Shown piece by piece: positions 21,129 through 32,156 of a stretch of DNA of 64,000 nt. The translations under genes and the position numbers were made by a program. Origin of the DNA: an uncultured Clostridium sp. (GTDB lineage: Bacteria > Bacillota > Clostridia > Clostridiales > Clostridiaceae); contig NZ_CAMTIG010000007.1 of NCBI RefSeq assembly GCF_947072515.1, positions 106 through 64,105 of the forward strand. The letters are read 5' to 3'. The notes below the pieces were generated by a model. That model made no database searches. It saw only the letters and a list, made by a program, of their open reading frames with translations, and had not been told where the DNA came from. Each line of letters starts with the position of its first letter. The stretch's first letter is position 1.

Positions 21129-21785
21129 CTAATCATTTAAATCAACATATTCTCCATTTTTTATAAAAATTATCCACTCACATATATTAGTAATATGATC
21201 GCCCATTCTTTCTAAATATTTAGATACAAACATAAGCTTTGTTCCAAGTGATATTTTACTATCGTCTTTTTTAATTAATGCTAAAACATTATCAAAGACT
21301 TCATTATACATAGCATCTATTTCATCATCTAATCTACAAATTTTATAAGCAAATTCAAAATCTCTATCAATATATGCTTTAATAGCAAGTCTAGTCATTT
21401 GAATTATTTTTTCTTGCATAAGCCAAAGCTTTTTAGCTTCATCAATATAACTATTTCTTTTATTTGAAATTGCTATTTTACAAACATCAACAGTGTGATC
21501 TGACATTCTTTCAATATCAGTTACTATTTTACTTGCAGTAAATACTCTTCTTAAATCTTTTGCAAGAGGTTGCTCTGTCGCTATAAACTTTATACACTCT
21601 TCCTCTATTTCCTTTTGAAGATAATCTATTTTATCATCATAGTCTATTGCTTTTTTAGCTAATTCTAAATCATTATTTTTTAAAGCTTCCATACTCATTT
21701 CAAATTGTTCTATAAATCCATTTGACATACGAAGTATTTTTTTATTTATATCATTTATTTTCGCATTATGCGTTTCTCTAGTCAT
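21129..21785 (-). CDS. phoU: Phosphate signalling protein PhoU
   Basis: QPLAKDLR, DIERMSDH, ERMGDHITNICEW. Confidence 0.96.
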   Translation of the reverse strand: MTRETHNAKINDINKKILRMSNGFIEQFEMSMEALKNNDLELAKKAIDYDDKIDYLQKEIEEECIKFIATEQPLAKDLRRVFTASKIVTDIERMSDHTVDVCKIAISNKRNSYIDEAKKLWLMQEKIIQMTRLAIKAYIDRDFEFAYKICRLDDEIDAMYNEVFDNVLALIKKDDSKISLGTKLMFVSKYLERMGDHITNICEWIIFIKNGEYVDLND

Positions 21786-21796
21786 AATATATCTCC

Positions 21797-22558
21797 TTAA
21801 CCAAACCTTCCTGTTATATAATCTTCTGTTCTTTTATCCTTTGGCTTATAAAAAATATCTTCTGTTTTTCCATATTCAACTATCTCTCCATTTAAAAAGA
21901 AAGCTGTTTTATCTGCTATTCTTCCTGCTTGTTGCATATTATGTGTCACTATTATTACTGTATATTCTTTTTTTAATCTCTCTATAAGCTCTTCTACCTT
22001 ATTCGTTGATATTGGATCTAATGCAGAAGTAGGCTCGTCCATCAAAATAATTTCTGGTGATATAGCTAATGTTCTAGCTATACATAATCTTTGTTGTTGT
22101 CCTCCTGAAAGTCCCATAGCTGATTTTTTTAATCTTTCTTTAGTTTCTTCCCAAAGCGCTGCCCCTCTAAGACTTTTCTCTACAATTTTATCTAACTCTT
22201 TTTTATCTTTTACTCCATGAATTCTTGGTCCATATGCTACATTATCATATATACTCATTGGAAATGGATTTGGTTTTTGAAATACCATTCCGATTCTTTT
22301 TCTTAATGCTATCTCATCATAATCTGAAAATATATCCGATTCTTCAAAAAAAACCTCTCCCTCAATTCTTACATTTTCTATAAGATCATTCATTCTATTT
22401 ATTGTTCTTAAAAAAGTTGATTTTCCACATCCCGATGGTCCAATTAAAGCTGTTACTTCATTTTTATTTATCTTTATACTTATATTTCTAAGAGCTTTAT
22501 TAGTTCCATAATATAAATTTAATTTTTTTGTTTCTATTACACATTTATTATTTTCCAT
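21797..22558 (-). CDS. pstB: Phosphate ABC transporter ATPase
   Basis: [42 protein letters not shown]. Confidence 0.97.
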   Translation of the reverse strand: MENNKCVIETKKLNLYYGTNKALRNISIKINKNEVTALIGPSGCGKSTFLRTINRMNDLIENVRIEGEVFFEESDIFSDYDEIALRKRIGMVFQKPNPFPMSIYDNVAYGPRIHGVKDKKELDKIVEKSLRGAALWEETKERLKKSAMGLSGGQQQRLCIARTLAISPEIILMDEPTSALDPISTNKVEELIERLKKEYTVIIVTHNMQQAGRIADKTAFFLNGEIVEYGKTEDIFYKPKDKRTEDYITGRFG

Positions 22559-23432
22559 TGTATTTCCTCTCTAACTTCCTTCCAATTAATTTTGCTAAGA
22601 TATTAAAAATTAAAACCAATAATATTAAAACTGCCGCGGTTCCATTTGCTATTTGAGTTGCATCTGGAACGATTCCTTCTGAATTTAATTTCCATATATG
22701 AACTGCTAAAGTTTCTGCTGGTCTAAAAAGTGAAAAAGCTGATGTACTGTTAGTTAAACTAATACTATTAAAGCTTAGTCCTCCCGAACTCAATCCTGCA
22801 GTATATAAAAATGCTGCTGCTTCTCCTAAAACTCTCCCTGATGAAAGAATTACACCTGTTAAAATCTCTTTCATTGCTGTTGGTAATATCACGCATCTTA
22901 TAGTTTGCCATCTACTAGCCCCAAGTCCAAGAGACGCCTCCTTAACCTTTTTAGATGCTTCTTTAATTGCATTTTCACAAATTCTAGTCATACTTGGTAT
23001 ATTTAAAATACTAATTGAAAGTGCTCCTGCTATAATCGAATATCCAAATCCAAACATATTAACAAATACAAGAAGTCCAAACATCCCTATAACTATAGAT
23101 GGAAGTGATGACATTGTTTCAAGTGATAATCTAATAAAACTTAATAAATATCCCTCTTTTGCATATTCCGCTAAATATATACCTGCCCCTATCCCTATGG
23201 GTATAGTAATTAAAAGCGATATGACTAACATATATAATGTATTAAATATTTGAGGTCCTATTCCTCCACCTGTTCCTGTCATTTTAGGTTTACTTGTTAA
23301 AAATTCAAAGGATATCATATGAATTCCTTCTTTTAATATATATATCAAAAACAAAGCTAAAATTCCCACTACTACTAAACTTATTCCATAAAATATTCCC
23401 GTAGCTATTTTATCTTTAATTTTTTCATTCAT
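22548..23432 (-). CDS. pstA: Phosphate ABC transporter permease PstA
   Basis: [46 protein letters not shown]. Confidence 0.95.
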   Translation of the reverse strand: MNEKIKDKIATGIFYGISLVVVGILALFLIYILKEGIHMISFEFLTSKPKMTGTGGGIGPQIFNTLYMLVISLLITIPIGIGAGIYLAEYAKEGYLLSFIRLSLETMSSLPSIVIGMFGLLVFVNMFGFGYSIIAGALSISILNIPSMTRICENAIKEASKKVKEASLGLGASRWQTIRCVILPTAMKEILTGVILSSGRVLGEAAAFLYTAGLSSGGLSFNSISLTNSTSAFSLFRPAETLAVHIWKLNSEGIVPDATQIANGTAAVLILLVLIFNILAKLIGRKLERKYNGK

Positions 23433-24332
23433 CTAAGCTCCTCCTCTTTTTTCAACTTTCCTTATTAATAATATAAAACTAAAGGATACTATTAAAAGAA
23501 TTAAAGCTAAAGACCAAAGTGCATTATTCCATGCTGTTCCACTTACTGTATTGGCCATATCCATAGTTAATATACTTGTTAATGTTGTTGCTGAGTTTGT
23601 TAAACCATCTGGAACCTTTATTACATTTCCTATTACCATTTGAACTGCTAATGCCTCTCCAAAGGCTCTTGCAACGCCTAGAACAACTCCTGTTAAAATC
23701 CCACCTTTTGCTTCTCTAACTATTACATTCTTAATTGTTTGCCATCTAGTTGCACCTAGTCCATAAGATGCTTCAATATGTTCTTTTGGCACAGCTTTTA
23801 TTGCATCTATTGCTAAAACTGCAATAGTTGGAAGTGTCATTAGAGATAATACTATAACTCCTGCTAAAAGTGAAAAACCTGTTCCTCCAAATATTTCTTT
23901 AATCTTAGGAACTAATACCGATACTCCTACCCACCCATATACAACTGATGGTATTCCAACTAATATTTCTAATGACGGTTTTATTATTCTCTCTCCTAGT
24001 TTTACTGAAATCACATTTGAAAAAATCCCAAGTGCTACTCCAACAGGTGCACTTATTAAAACTGCACCTATTGAAACAACAATTGATCCTAATATAAATG
24101 CTAAAGCTCCAAAGCTCTGTGTATTTCCATTTGGACTCCAATTGCTACTAAATAGAAAGTCCATTACACTTACTCCATTTTCAGTGAATAAAGCTATTCC
24201 TTTGTTGCCTATAAAAAATATTATTGATAATGTTATTACTATTATTCCTATAGCACATAAAAGAGAAAATCCTTTTCCTAAATAATCATTTATAAGTCTT
24301 TCTTTAAATCCTCTCTTATTCATATCTTCCAC
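23433..24332 (-). CDS. pstC: Phosphate ABC transporter permease PstC
   Basis: GIPSVVYG, EASYGLGATRWQTI, ARAFGEALAVQMVIGN. Confidence 0.95.
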   Translation of the reverse strand: MEDMNKRGFKERLINDYLGKGFSLLCAIGIIVITLSIIFFIGNKGIALFTENGVSVMDFLFSSNWSPNGNTQSFGALAFILGSIVVSIGAVLISAPVGVALGIFSNVISVKLGERIIKPSLEILVGIPSVVYGWVGVSVLVPKIKEIFGGTGFSLLAGVIVLSLMTLPTIAVLAIDAIKAVPKEHIEASYGLGATRWQTIKNVIVREAKGGILTGVVLGVARAFGEALAVQMVIGNVIKVPDGLTNSATTLTSILTMDMANTVSGTAWNNALWSLALILLIVSFSFILLIRKVEKRGGA

Positions 24333-24335
24333 CTA

Positions 24336-25214
24336 TTATTCTTTTATTTCACTACCTTGTATAAGTCCTAATTCATCAATCACATCTGAATTTTCTTTAC
24401 TTCCTACAAAATCAATGAATTCTTTAACAGTATCAGTTGCTTCACCTTTTGTGTACATATGTCCCCATGACCAGAAGTTATATTTTCCTTCTTTAATATT
24501 TTCTGAAGTTGGCTCAACCCCATCAATCTTAACTAAATTTAATGCTTCTTTTGCTTCATCTGTTTTTGTATAAGTTAACGCTGCATAACTTATAGCTCCT
24601 TTATTTCCTTTCATTGTATTTAAAACTGCTCCATTACTATCTTGAGTTGCACCTATTGAATCATTTTCAAGTTCTTTATCTCCATCTAAAATAGCTTTTG
24701 TGAAAGTTGCTCTTGTTCCTGATGATTCTGGTCTATGAATTACCATTATTTCTTCATCTTTTCCACCAACTTCATTCCAATTTTTAATTTTTCCTGAAAA
24801 AATATCTTTTATTTGTTGTTTTGTTAATGAATCTATTCCTGCTTCTTTATTTACAACTACTGCAAATCCTTGAGCTATAACTTTATGATCTACTAATTCT
24901 TTAGCATCTTTTTCATCTAGTTTTTCTTCTGCAAAAACATCTGAATTTCCTATATCAACAGATCCTTCTAAAACTTGTGAAAGTCCTGTTCCAGATCCTC
25001 CTGCTTGGGCATTTACTGTAATTTCACTATTTATATCTGTAAATTTTTCTATTGAATTTTCCATAAGTGGTAGCATTGCTGATGACCCACTAATAGTAAT
25101 ACTTTTCTTTTCTCCACTACCTTCGCTATTAGACGCCCCACAACCTAAAAAACTTCCTACTGATAAACATAAAATTCCAACCATACATATTAATTTTAAA
25201 TTTCTTTTTTTCAT
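24336..25214 (-). CDS. pstS: Phosphate ABC transporter substrate-binding lipoprotein
   Basis: Lipobox FLGC; ISGSSA, GGSGTG, DIGNSD, RPESSGTR. Confidence 0.95.
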   Translation of the reverse strand: MKKRNLKLICMVGILCLSVGSFLGCGASNSEGSGEKKSITISGSSAMLPLMENSIEKFTDINSEITVNAQAGGSGTGLSQVLEGSVDIGNSDVFAEEKLDEKDAKELVDHKVIAQGFAVVVNKEAGIDSLTKQQIKDIFSGKIKNWNEVGGKDEEIMVIHRPESSGTRATFTKAILDGDKELENDSIGATQDSNGAVLNTMKGNKGAISYAALTYTKTDEAKEALNLVKIDGVEPTSENIKEGKYNFWSWGHMYTKGEATDTVKEFIDFVGSKENSDVIDELGLIQGSEIKE

Positions 25215-25329
25215 TTTCTCTATCCCCTTTTAGTCCTTTTATATTTAATTATTTTCTATCTACACTTAATATAATAGTTTAGTTAGATTAAATTTATATT
25301 AGAGTACTTTTAAATACTTATTATCTATT

Positions 25330-25350
25330 TGTTAACATTTTTTAACATTA
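25330..25350. promoter_or_regulatory. Possible Pho-box half-sites upstream of pstS
   Basis: Two TTAACA hexamers 10 bp apart (25332, 25342), resembling the Firmicute TT(A/T)ACA Pho box; spacing is one short of the usual 11 and the region is very AT-rich. Confidence 0.3.
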
Positions 25351-25445
25351 ATAGAAAATATTAATTATTATAAATTTATAAATATTTTTTTAATTAAACT
25401 TAATTTTCATTTTATTTATTGCTTTTAAATTTTATATTTAATATA

Positions 25446-25481
25446 CAAAAAAGAATTCATTAAAAAATGAATTCTTTTTTT
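25446..25481. terminator. Terminator after phoR
   Basis: AAAAAAGAATTCAT-N-ATGAATTCTTTTTT with A and T runs on both sides. Confidence 0.75.
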
Positions 25482-25490
25482 ATTTCTATA

Positions 25491-27167
25491 TTAAATATGT
25501 TTTACTTTAAATGTAAACTCTGAACCTTTTCCAAATTCTGAGTCTACAAAAATATCTCCACCAAAACTTTTTGAAATATGCTTTACTATAGCTAATCCAA
25601 GACCTGTGCCATTTCCCTTTCTCGATTTATCAACTCTATAGAACCTTTCAAATATTCTTGGTAAATCCTCTTTAGGAATTCCATAACCACTATCTTTAAC
25701 TTTAAATATATAGTAGCCATTTTCTGAATAACTTAGTATTTTTACAGTTTTATCTTTTTCTGAATATTTTATAGCATTTTCAACCAAATTTATTACAATT
25801 TGTAAAAATTTATCATTATGCCCTAATATTAAATCTTTATTAGTACTTCGATATTCTAATGTTATCCCTTTTTTCTTTCCATGTTCTTCTAAAATTTTAA
25901 GTGCATCTTCAACTACTCCATCAGGATAGAACTCTATTAAATCATCACTACTTCTACTTTCTAGATTAGATAGTATTAAAATATCATCTATAAGTATCTT
26001 TAATCTATCTGATTCCTTATCAATAATATTTAAAAATTTATCTCTTGTCTCATTATCTTCTACAAAACGCAATGTTTCTGCAAATCCCTTTATTGATGTT
26101 AATGGTGTTTTCAATTCATGTGATACATTTGCAACAAATTGCGTTCTCATATTTTCTAATCTCTTCATTTCTGTAATATCCTGAATAGATATTACTACTC
26201 CAACTTTATCATATGCATTTATAATATTTGTTTTCTTTATCCTTATAATTCTTCTAACTGGACTTTTTACTTTAAGTTCTATAGCCTCATTATATTCTTC
26301 TAATACTACTTTTTTATATAATTTTTCCGATAAAATTTCTTGTAATTTTAATCCTACAACATCTTTACTAATTCCTAAAACAGCTTTAGCATATGGATTT
26401 GCCAAAATAACAAACCCCTCTCTATCTATAGCAATAACTCCACTTTGCATACTTTGTAATATAGTTTCTAATTTATTCTGTTTATCTATTACTTCTCCAA
26501 CTTTACCTTGAAGTTGTTCTGCCATATTATTAAAAGACTTCCCTAAGTGTCCTAATTCGTCATTAGATGTTATTTCAATCCTGGTCTGTAAATCTCCATT
26601 TGCAATTTTAGAAGATACATAGTCTAAATTTTTAATAGGATCTATTATTATTCTAACTAATTTCAATGCTAGAGCTATAGATAAAGCTAATACTATACCT
26701 AAAACAAAAATATAATAGCTTATATTTTTAGAATATAAGAAATCTAGTGTTCCTACTGGTACTCCACTTCTTATAATATTACCATCCGGTAGTTTCAAAG
26801 TTGAAAAAATCATATCCTTATCATAATAAGAACTATATCCTTCATAAGAACCTATTCTATCATTTTGGGTAAATTTATATTCATTTGAATTTAAATCAAC
26901 CTTACCTTCACCTTCTCCATTGTCAAATATTACCTTTCCTTCTTTATTAGAAATTGTAACATCTATAATATAGTTATTGATTTTAAAAAACTTTATCTCA
27001 TTTTCCTTAATAGAATTCCAATTAGCTATTATTTCATTATAATTTTTCAAAGTTTCTTTTGTACTATTTACTTCTTGCAAACTAACAAGTGCAAAAAAGG
27101 AAGAGGTTATAATTACTAATGCAAAAATTACTGTTATAATTACAGAAGTTAATATTTTTCTTTTCAT
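25491..27167 (-). CDS. phoR: PhoR-like sensor histidine kinase (HAMP, PAS, HisKA, HATPase)
   Basis: Two TM segments; DELGHLGKSFNNM; FVANVSHELKTPLTSI; NLVENAIKY; D.G.GI, FERFYRVDKSR, GTGLGL; next to pst genes. Confidence 0.9.
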   Translation of the reverse strand: MKRKILTSVIITVIFALVIITSSFFALVSLQEVNSTKETLKNYNEIIANWNSIKENEIKFFKINNYIIDVTISNKEGKVIFDNGEGEGKVDLNSNEYKFTQNDRIGSYEGYSSYYDKDMIFSTLKLPDGNIIRSGVPVGTLDFLYSKNISYYIFVLGIVLALSIALALKLVRIIIDPIKNLDYVSSKIANGDLQTRIEITSNDELGHLGKSFNNMAEQLQGKVGEVIDKQNKLETILQSMQSGVIAIDREGFVILANPYAKAVLGISKDVVGLKLQEILSEKLYKKVVLEEYNEAIELKVKSPVRRIIRIKKTNIINAYDKVGVVISIQDITEMKRLENMRTQFVANVSHELKTPLTSIKGFAETLRFVEDNETRDKFLNIIDKESDRLKILIDDILILSNLESRSSDDLIEFYPDGVVEDALKILEEHGKKKGITLEYRSTNKDLILGHNDKFLQIVINLVENAIKYSEKDKTVKILSYSENGYYIFKVKDSGYGIPKEDLPRIFERFYRVDKSRKGNGTGLGLAIVKHISKSFGGDIFVDSEFGKGSEFTFKVKHI

Positions 27168-27863
27168 CTATCCATTAAACCTATATCCAAGACCTCTTAT
27201 AGTCTCTATCAATTTTGGATTCTTATCATCCTCTTCTATTTTTTTTCTTATATATCGTATATGAACATCTATAGTTCTTGTATCTCCTATATATTCATAG
27301 CCCCATATTTTATCTAATATTATTTCTCTATTTAAAATTCTTCCTTTATTTTTAGCTAAAAACTCTAAAACTTCAAATTCTTTTAATGTAAATTCAACTT
27401 TTTTCTCATTTATTAATATTTCACGCCTAAAATAATCAATTTTTATTCTTCCATTATCATAACTTTCCTCAAAGCCTTCCTCTTTAGAACTATTTCTTCT
27501 AAGAACAGCCTTTACTCTTGCAGATAATTCTCTTACTGAAAATGGTTTAGTTATATAATCATCTGCCCCAAGTTCTAATCCCAATATTTTATCTAATTCT
27601 TCACTTTTAGCTGTAACCATTATTATTGAAGTTCCTTTTAGATCTTTATCTTTTTTTATTTCCTTACATACATCTAACCCATCAATCCCTGGAATCATAA
27701 GATCTAAAAGAACTAAATCCGGCTTATTTTCCTTTGCCAGTCTTAATGCATCCTCTCCATTATTCGCAGTATATGTATCATATCCTGCATTTTTTAAATT
27801 AAACTTTAAAAGTTCTAAAATATTTTCTTCATCATCAACTATTAATATTTTCTCTTTAGCCAA
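27168..27863 (-). CDS. phoP: PhoP-like OmpR-family response regulator
   Basis: ILIVDDE, LDLMIPGIDG, GADDYITKPF, EFEVL, RTIDVHI, IETIRGLGY. Likely TTG start at 27863 (GGGGGA RBS). Confidence 0.9.
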   Translation of the reverse strand: MAKEKILIVDDEENILELLKFNLKNAGYDTYTANNGEDALRLAKENKPDLVLLDLMIPGIDGLDVCKEIKKDKDLKGTSIIMVTAKSEELDKILGLELGADDYITKPFSVRELSARVKAVLRRNSSKEEGFEESYDNGRIKIDYFRREILINEKKVEFTLKEFEVLEFLAKNKGRILNREIILDKIWGYEYIGDTRTIDVHIRYIRKKIEEDDKNPKLIETIRGLGYRFNG

Positions 27864-27877
27864 AGCCAAATCCCCCT

Positions 27878-28612
27878 TTATTTAATTATTGCAAATGTAA
27901 ATAATCTGCCATAAGCACCATCTGACTTTCTATAAGAATATAACTCTACTTCATCCTCGCAATACGTACAAAGATTCAAACTAAATATATTTTCTTCCTT
28001 CAAGCCTATATCTAAAAGATCTTTCTCTATTACTTTTTCCATAGAAAGATTTCTTTTATTAAATAATTCACTTTCTCTTATACCTGTTTCTTCTATAAAT
28101 CTCTCTTTTAATTCTTCTGATATTTCATAGCAACATTTTCTTATATGTGGTCCTATATAAACTTTAGTCTCTTCTACTGAAATATGAAACTCTTCTACCA
28201 TCTTCTCAATTGTCTTTTTTGTTATATTACTTATTGTACCTTTCCACCCACTATGTACAGCTCCTATAACACCTTTTTCTTTATTTATTATAATTACAGG
28301 AACACAATCTGCTGTAAATGCTCCAATTGCAATATTTTTCTTTTTTGTTATTATAGCATCACCTTCATTATTATTGAAAGCCTCTTGTCCATTATAAATA
28401 AATATTTTATCTGAATGAATTTGTTTTAAATATGCTACATTATCAACCTTAAATTCTTCCCTTATTCCATCTAAATAATTTAAACCTTCTTTTGTATTTC
28501 TATTAAAACTTCTACCATTTTCCGCAGTTGAAAAGGCCACTATTATGTTTCCATCCTCTAAAACTAAATAATCATCTTTTTTCTTTAAATTTTTCAACGT
28601 TAAATTAATCAT
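27878..28612 (-). CDS. pgeF: Peptidoglycan editing factor PgeF (YfiH/YlmD)
   Basis: QIHSD, GDAIIT, TADCVPV, HSGWKG, IGPHI..CCYE, CTYC, SYR. Confidence 0.93.
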   Translation of the reverse strand: MINLTLKNLKKKDDYLVLEDGNIIVAFSTAENGRSFNRNTKEGLNYLDGIREEFKVDNVAYLKQIHSDKIFIYNGQEAFNNNEGDAIITKKKNIAIGAFTADCVPVIIINKEKGVIGAVHSGWKGTISNITKKTIEKMVEEFHISVEETKVYIGPHIRKCCYEISEELKERFIEETGIRESELFNKRNLSMEKVIEKDLLDIGLKEENIFSLNLCTYCEDEVELYSYRKSDGAYGRLFTFAIIK

Positions 28613-28696
28613 ATACTGCCTCCTAAAGGTTATTACTTATAATTTTATCATTTTATCTAAATTAAAAAAAGCACTCTTTATTAGAATGCTTTTACT

Positions 28697-29149
28697 TTAC
28701 TCTTTAATTAAACTATTTATTTCTTCCATAAATGTGTTAATATCCTTAAACTGTCTGTAAACAGAAGCAAATCTTACATATGATATTTCATCTATATTTT
28801 TTAATATTTCCATAACCATCTCTCCAATTTTTTGAGAAGGTATTTCTGTTATCATTTTATTTGAAATTTTCTTTTCTATTTCTTCTGCTATTCCTTCAAT
28901 TTGCTTTCGTGACACCGGTCTTTTTTGACATGCTATTATTAATCCATTTACTATCTTTTCTTTATTAAAGTTCTCTCTTGTGGAATCTTTCTTTATTACT
29001 AACATAGGAATATCTTCTATCTTCTCATATGTAGTATATCTTTTTCCACAATTTGAACACTCTCTTCTTCTTCTAATGGTTGAATTATCATCTGTTGATC
29101 TTGAATCTACAACCTTACTTTCATTATAAGAACAAAAAGGACATCTCAT
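28697..29149 (-). CDS. nrdR: Transcriptional repressor NrdR
   Basis: MRCPFC...SKVVDSR, RRRECSNC..R.TTYE, ATP cone, YVRFASVYR.F. Confidence 0.97.
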   Translation of the reverse strand: MRCPFCSYNESKVVDSRSTDDNSTIRRRRECSNCGKRYTTYEKIEDIPMLVIKKDSTRENFNKEKIVNGLIIACQKRPVSRKQIEGIAEEIEKKISNKMITEIPSQKIGEMVMEILKNIDEISYVRFASVYRQFKDINTFMEEINSLIKE

Positions 29150-29239
29150 AGTTTAATCACAACCTTTCTGTAGATATTTTATCCTATAAGCCTATTATAC
29201 ATAGTTTTACTTAATCTGACTAGATTTATCTCTTATTTA

Positions 29240-29518
29240 TTATCTATAATTCCCGTCTTCTGTATTTATAATATTTAAATTGTCAAGTGAAACTAAAATT
29301 ACGTCTATACCTATTTTACTTACATTTTCCCAAGGAATTTCAATTTCATCTTCTTTTTGGAACCACCCCTTATTTTCTCCTGGTAATATTAATGCTTCTA
29401 CTTTATCATTCTCACAATCAATTTTTATATCGTGAATAAATCCCAATCTTTTCCCATTATTTATTTCTATAACTTCCATATTTCTCATAGAATTAATAGA
29501 ATGTAAATTTTCTTCCAT
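29240..29518 (-). CDS. ylmC: YlmC/YmxH PRC-barrel sporulation protein
   Basis: EVIEINNGKRLG.I.DI.ID, IPWENV.KIG.DVILV; downstream of sigG. Confidence 0.88.
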   Translation of the reverse strand: MEENLHSINSMRNMEVIEINNGKRLGFIHDIKIDCENDKVEALILPGENKGWFQKEDEIEIPWENVSKIGIDVILVSLDNLNIINTEDGNYR

Positions 29519-29598
29519 ATCTTTTCCCCCTTCACAATAAAAATCTTCTCATTAAATTTATTCACTATAATATAAAAAAAGAACCAGAAGGTTCTTTT

Positions 29599-30372
29599 TT
29601 ATATATGTTTTTTCATATGTTTTAAAGCTGTTTTTTCTAGTCTTGATACTTGGGCTTGAGATATACCAATTTCATCTGCCACTTCCATTTGAGTTCTTCC
29701 TCTAAAAAATCTTAAATTCAATATCAATTTTTCTCTATCTGTTAACTTTTTCATTGCTTCATTTATTGATATGTTTTCAAGCCAATTTTCATCTGTATTT
29801 TTAGAGTCACTTATTTGATCCATTACATATATTGCATCTCCCCCATCATGATATATAGGTTCGAAAAGTGATACAGGGTCTTGTATTGCATCTAATGCAA
29901 AAACTACTTCTTCTCTTGGCAATTCTAATTCTTTTGCTATCTGCGAAATATTAGGTTCTTTATTATTTTCTTTTATTAATCTATCCCTAACTAATAGAGC
30001 TCTATATGCTATATCTCTTAATGATCTACTAACTCTTATTGAGTTATTATCTCTTAAATAACGCCTTATTTCCCCAATTATCATAGGCACTGCATAAGTT
30101 GAAAACTTAACATTTTGTGATAAATCAAAATTATCTATTGCTTTCATAAGTCCTATGCATCCTACTTGAAAAAGATCATCTACATTTTCCCCTCTATTGT
30201 TAAACCTTTGAATTACGCTTAAAACTAGTCTTAAATTTCCTTTTATAAAAACTTCTCTTGCATTTGGATCTCCACTTTGCATATTCTGTAATAGTTCTCT
30301 TTTTTCTTTTTCTTTTAAAATTGGTAACTTTGCAGTATTTACACCGCATATTTCAACTTTATTCACTATCAA
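29599..30372 (-). CDS. sigG: Forespore sigma factor SigG
   Basis: NKVEICGVNTAKLP, NLRLVLSVIQRF, DDLFQVGCIGL, STYAVPMIIGEIRRYLRDN, GISQAQVSRLEK. TTG start at 30372 (AAGGAG RBS) gives 257 aa. Confidence 0.97.
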   Translation of the reverse strand: MIVNKVEICGVNTAKLPILKEKEKRELLQNMQSGDPNAREVFIKGNLRLVLSVIQRFNNRGENVDDLFQVGCIGLMKAIDNFDLSQNVKFSTYAVPMIIGEIRRYLRDNNSIRVSRSLRDIAYRALLVRDRLIKENNKEPNISQIAKELELPREEVVFALDAIQDPVSLFEPIYHDGGDAIYVMDQISDSKNTDENWLENISINEAMKKLTDREKLILNLRFFRGRTQMEVADEIGISQAQVSRLEKTALKHMKKHI

Positions 30373-30411
30373 TTTTGTCAACTCCTTTAGAAGTAATATC
30401 ACCATAATAAA

Positions 30412-30441
30412 CATTATTTCCGAGAGAGTTAACTTTTATAC
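30412..30441 (-). promoter_or_regulatory. SigF/SigG-type promoter of sigG
   Basis: GTATA-15 nt-GGAAATAATG matches the sigmaF consensus GYATA-N15-GGnnAnAHTR. Confidence 0.8.
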
Positions 30442-30453
30442 TATAGACAAACT

Positions 30454-31290
30454 TTAAACCATTTTACTAATTTCTTTTTTTAATCTACTTATTATTTTTT
30501 TCTCTAATCTTGAGATATAGGATTGCGATATTCCTAGCATATCTGCAACCTCTTTTTGAGTTTTTTCTTGTGTTCCATTTAATCCAAATCTTAATTGAAC
30601 TATTTCTTTTTCTCTCTCATTTAAATTTTTTAAAGCTAAAAATAACAACTGTTTGTCCACTTCATCTTCAATCATATTATATACCGTATCATTTTCTGTT
30701 CCTAATATATCTGAAAGTAAAAGTTCATTTCCATCCCAGTCTATATTAAGAGGCTCATAAAAAGAAATCTCTGCTTTTACCTTGCTATTTCTTCTAAGAT
30801 ACATTAAGATTTCATTTTCTATACATCTTGATGCATATGTTGCTAATTTTATTTTCTTTTCTGTATTGAATGTATTTACTGCTTTTATTAAACCTATTGT
30901 CCCTACTGAAATTAAATCTTCTACATAAACCCCTGTATTTTCAAATTTTCTAGCTATATATACTACTAGTCTTAAATTTCGTTCTATCAAAGTACTTCTT
31001 ACTGCTTCTTCTCCATCACCTAATTTTTGTAATAACTGTTCTTCTTCTTCTTTTGAAAGTGGTGGTGGTAATGCATCACTGCCTCCTACATAATGAAGAT
31101 TACTCTCATAAATATTAAAAAAATTGAATACTTTATTTAATAGAATACTAAAATTAAAACTTTGTATTTTTGTATCATCTTCTTTCAACGTTATTTCTTC
31201 TCTTCTATATATCTCTATTGCTATATTTTTTAATTTTTCGGCTTCCATCATACTAACACTTTCTAATTCTTTTCCCTTTAAATCTTCCAT
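30454..31290 (-). CDS. sigE: Pro-sigmaE, mother-cell sigma factor, with N-terminal extension
   Basis: [64 protein letters not shown]; ATG 31290 has TAGGAGG overlapping the spoIIGA stop. Confidence 0.96.
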   Translation of the reverse strand: MEDLKGKELESVSMMEAEKLKNIAIEIYRREEITLKEDDTKIQSFNFSILLNKVFNFFNIYESNLHYVGGSDALPPPLSKEEEEQLLQKLGDGEEAVRSTLIERNLRLVVYIARKFENTGVYVEDLISVGTIGLIKAVNTFNTEKKIKLATYASRCIENEILMYLRRNSKVKAEISFYEPLNIDWDGNELLLSDILGTENDTVYNMIEDEVDKQLLFLALKNLNEREKEIVQLRFGLNGTQEKTQKEVADMLGISQSYISRLEKKIISRLKKEISKMV

Positions 31291-31299
31291 ATACTCCTC

Positions 31300-32103
31300 C
31301 TATATAACTCCTCTTGATATTAATCCTACAAATTGATTTTCTCTACTTAATTTATCGTCGCAAGGGCAAATTATTCCTTCTAGCTCTCTCCACACCTTTC
31401 CATCTTTAGATATTTTTATATTTTTCACTTTAAATCCATATATTCCTCCTGAATAACCTATAGCTCTATATGGAATTTTATACATTTGTCCTTTAACTAA
31501 ACTAATTTCACGTAATTCAGCCTTTTCAATCAATATACATGGCAAATTTGTAATTGGTTCTCTAAGTTCATTTCCCGAATCTAAAAAACCTTTAATATTT
31601 ATTTTTTTATCTTTTATATTTAATTCAATATCATATATAAAACTAGAAATTATATTCCTATCTTTTATTACAGTCATTATTCTTTCTAATACTATAAATA
31701 ATACAAATACCCCTAACATTAAAAATTTAACATTTAAGTTTTTAATAACTACCCCATCAATTATTGTATATTTCTGTGAACTTAATATAATTTTAAAAAT
31801 TAATCCACTCAAGAAAAAGGATGCTCCTATAAATGTACTGAAACTTTTTATTAAACTTATTTTTTCCCTTTTAACACTCGGTATATACACCATAATAAAT
31901 GCAATTAAAAGTTGTATATAAAATGCTTTTAAGAAGCTTATCTCTTCTATTACCATACATAAACTATAAACTCCTCCTATCACTGCTACTAAAATAGCTC
32001 GCTTAAATGAATAGTTGTATTTTAAAATTTTAAATGTAGTAATTATCAAAAATAAATTCACAATAAAGTTCTCTAAGATTATTACATCTAAATATAACTC
32101 CAT
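31300..32103 (-). CDS. spoIIGA: Pro-sigmaE processing aspartic peptidase SpoIIGA
   Basis: YLDVIILENFIVN, several TM segments, GFLDSGNEL.EP, IPYRAIG; directly upstream of sigE. Confidence 0.93.
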   Translation of the reverse strand: MELYLDVIILENFIVNLFLIITTFKILKYNYSFKRAILVAVIGGVYSLCMVIEEISFLKAFYIQLLIAFIMVYIPSVKREKISLIKSFSTFIGASFFLSGLIFKIILSSQKYTIIDGVVIKNLNVKFLMLGVFVLFIVLERIMTVIKDRNIISSFIYDIELNIKDKKINIKGFLDSGNELREPITNLPCILIEKAELREISLVKGQMYKIPYRAIGYSGGIYGFKVKNIKISKDGKVWRELEGIICPCDDKLSRENQFVGLISRGVI

Positions 32104-32123
32104 AATCCCCCTCCTCTTATAAA

Positions 32124-32156
32124 ATTATATACCTTCTTTCATTAGAATTTTGTCAT
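32124..32156 (-). promoter_or_regulatory. spoIIG-type sigmaA promoter with long spacer (Spo0A-dependent class)
   Basis: ATGACA-21 nt-TATAAT, like the long-spacer B. subtilis spoIIG promoter; only degenerate 0A boxes are visible. Confidence 0.5.

Noticed and set aside
23905-24141. Nested minus-strand 78-aa ORF inside pstC (also 56531-56743 inside iscS)
   Set aside because: Alternative frames of conserved genes with no RBS or recognisable features.
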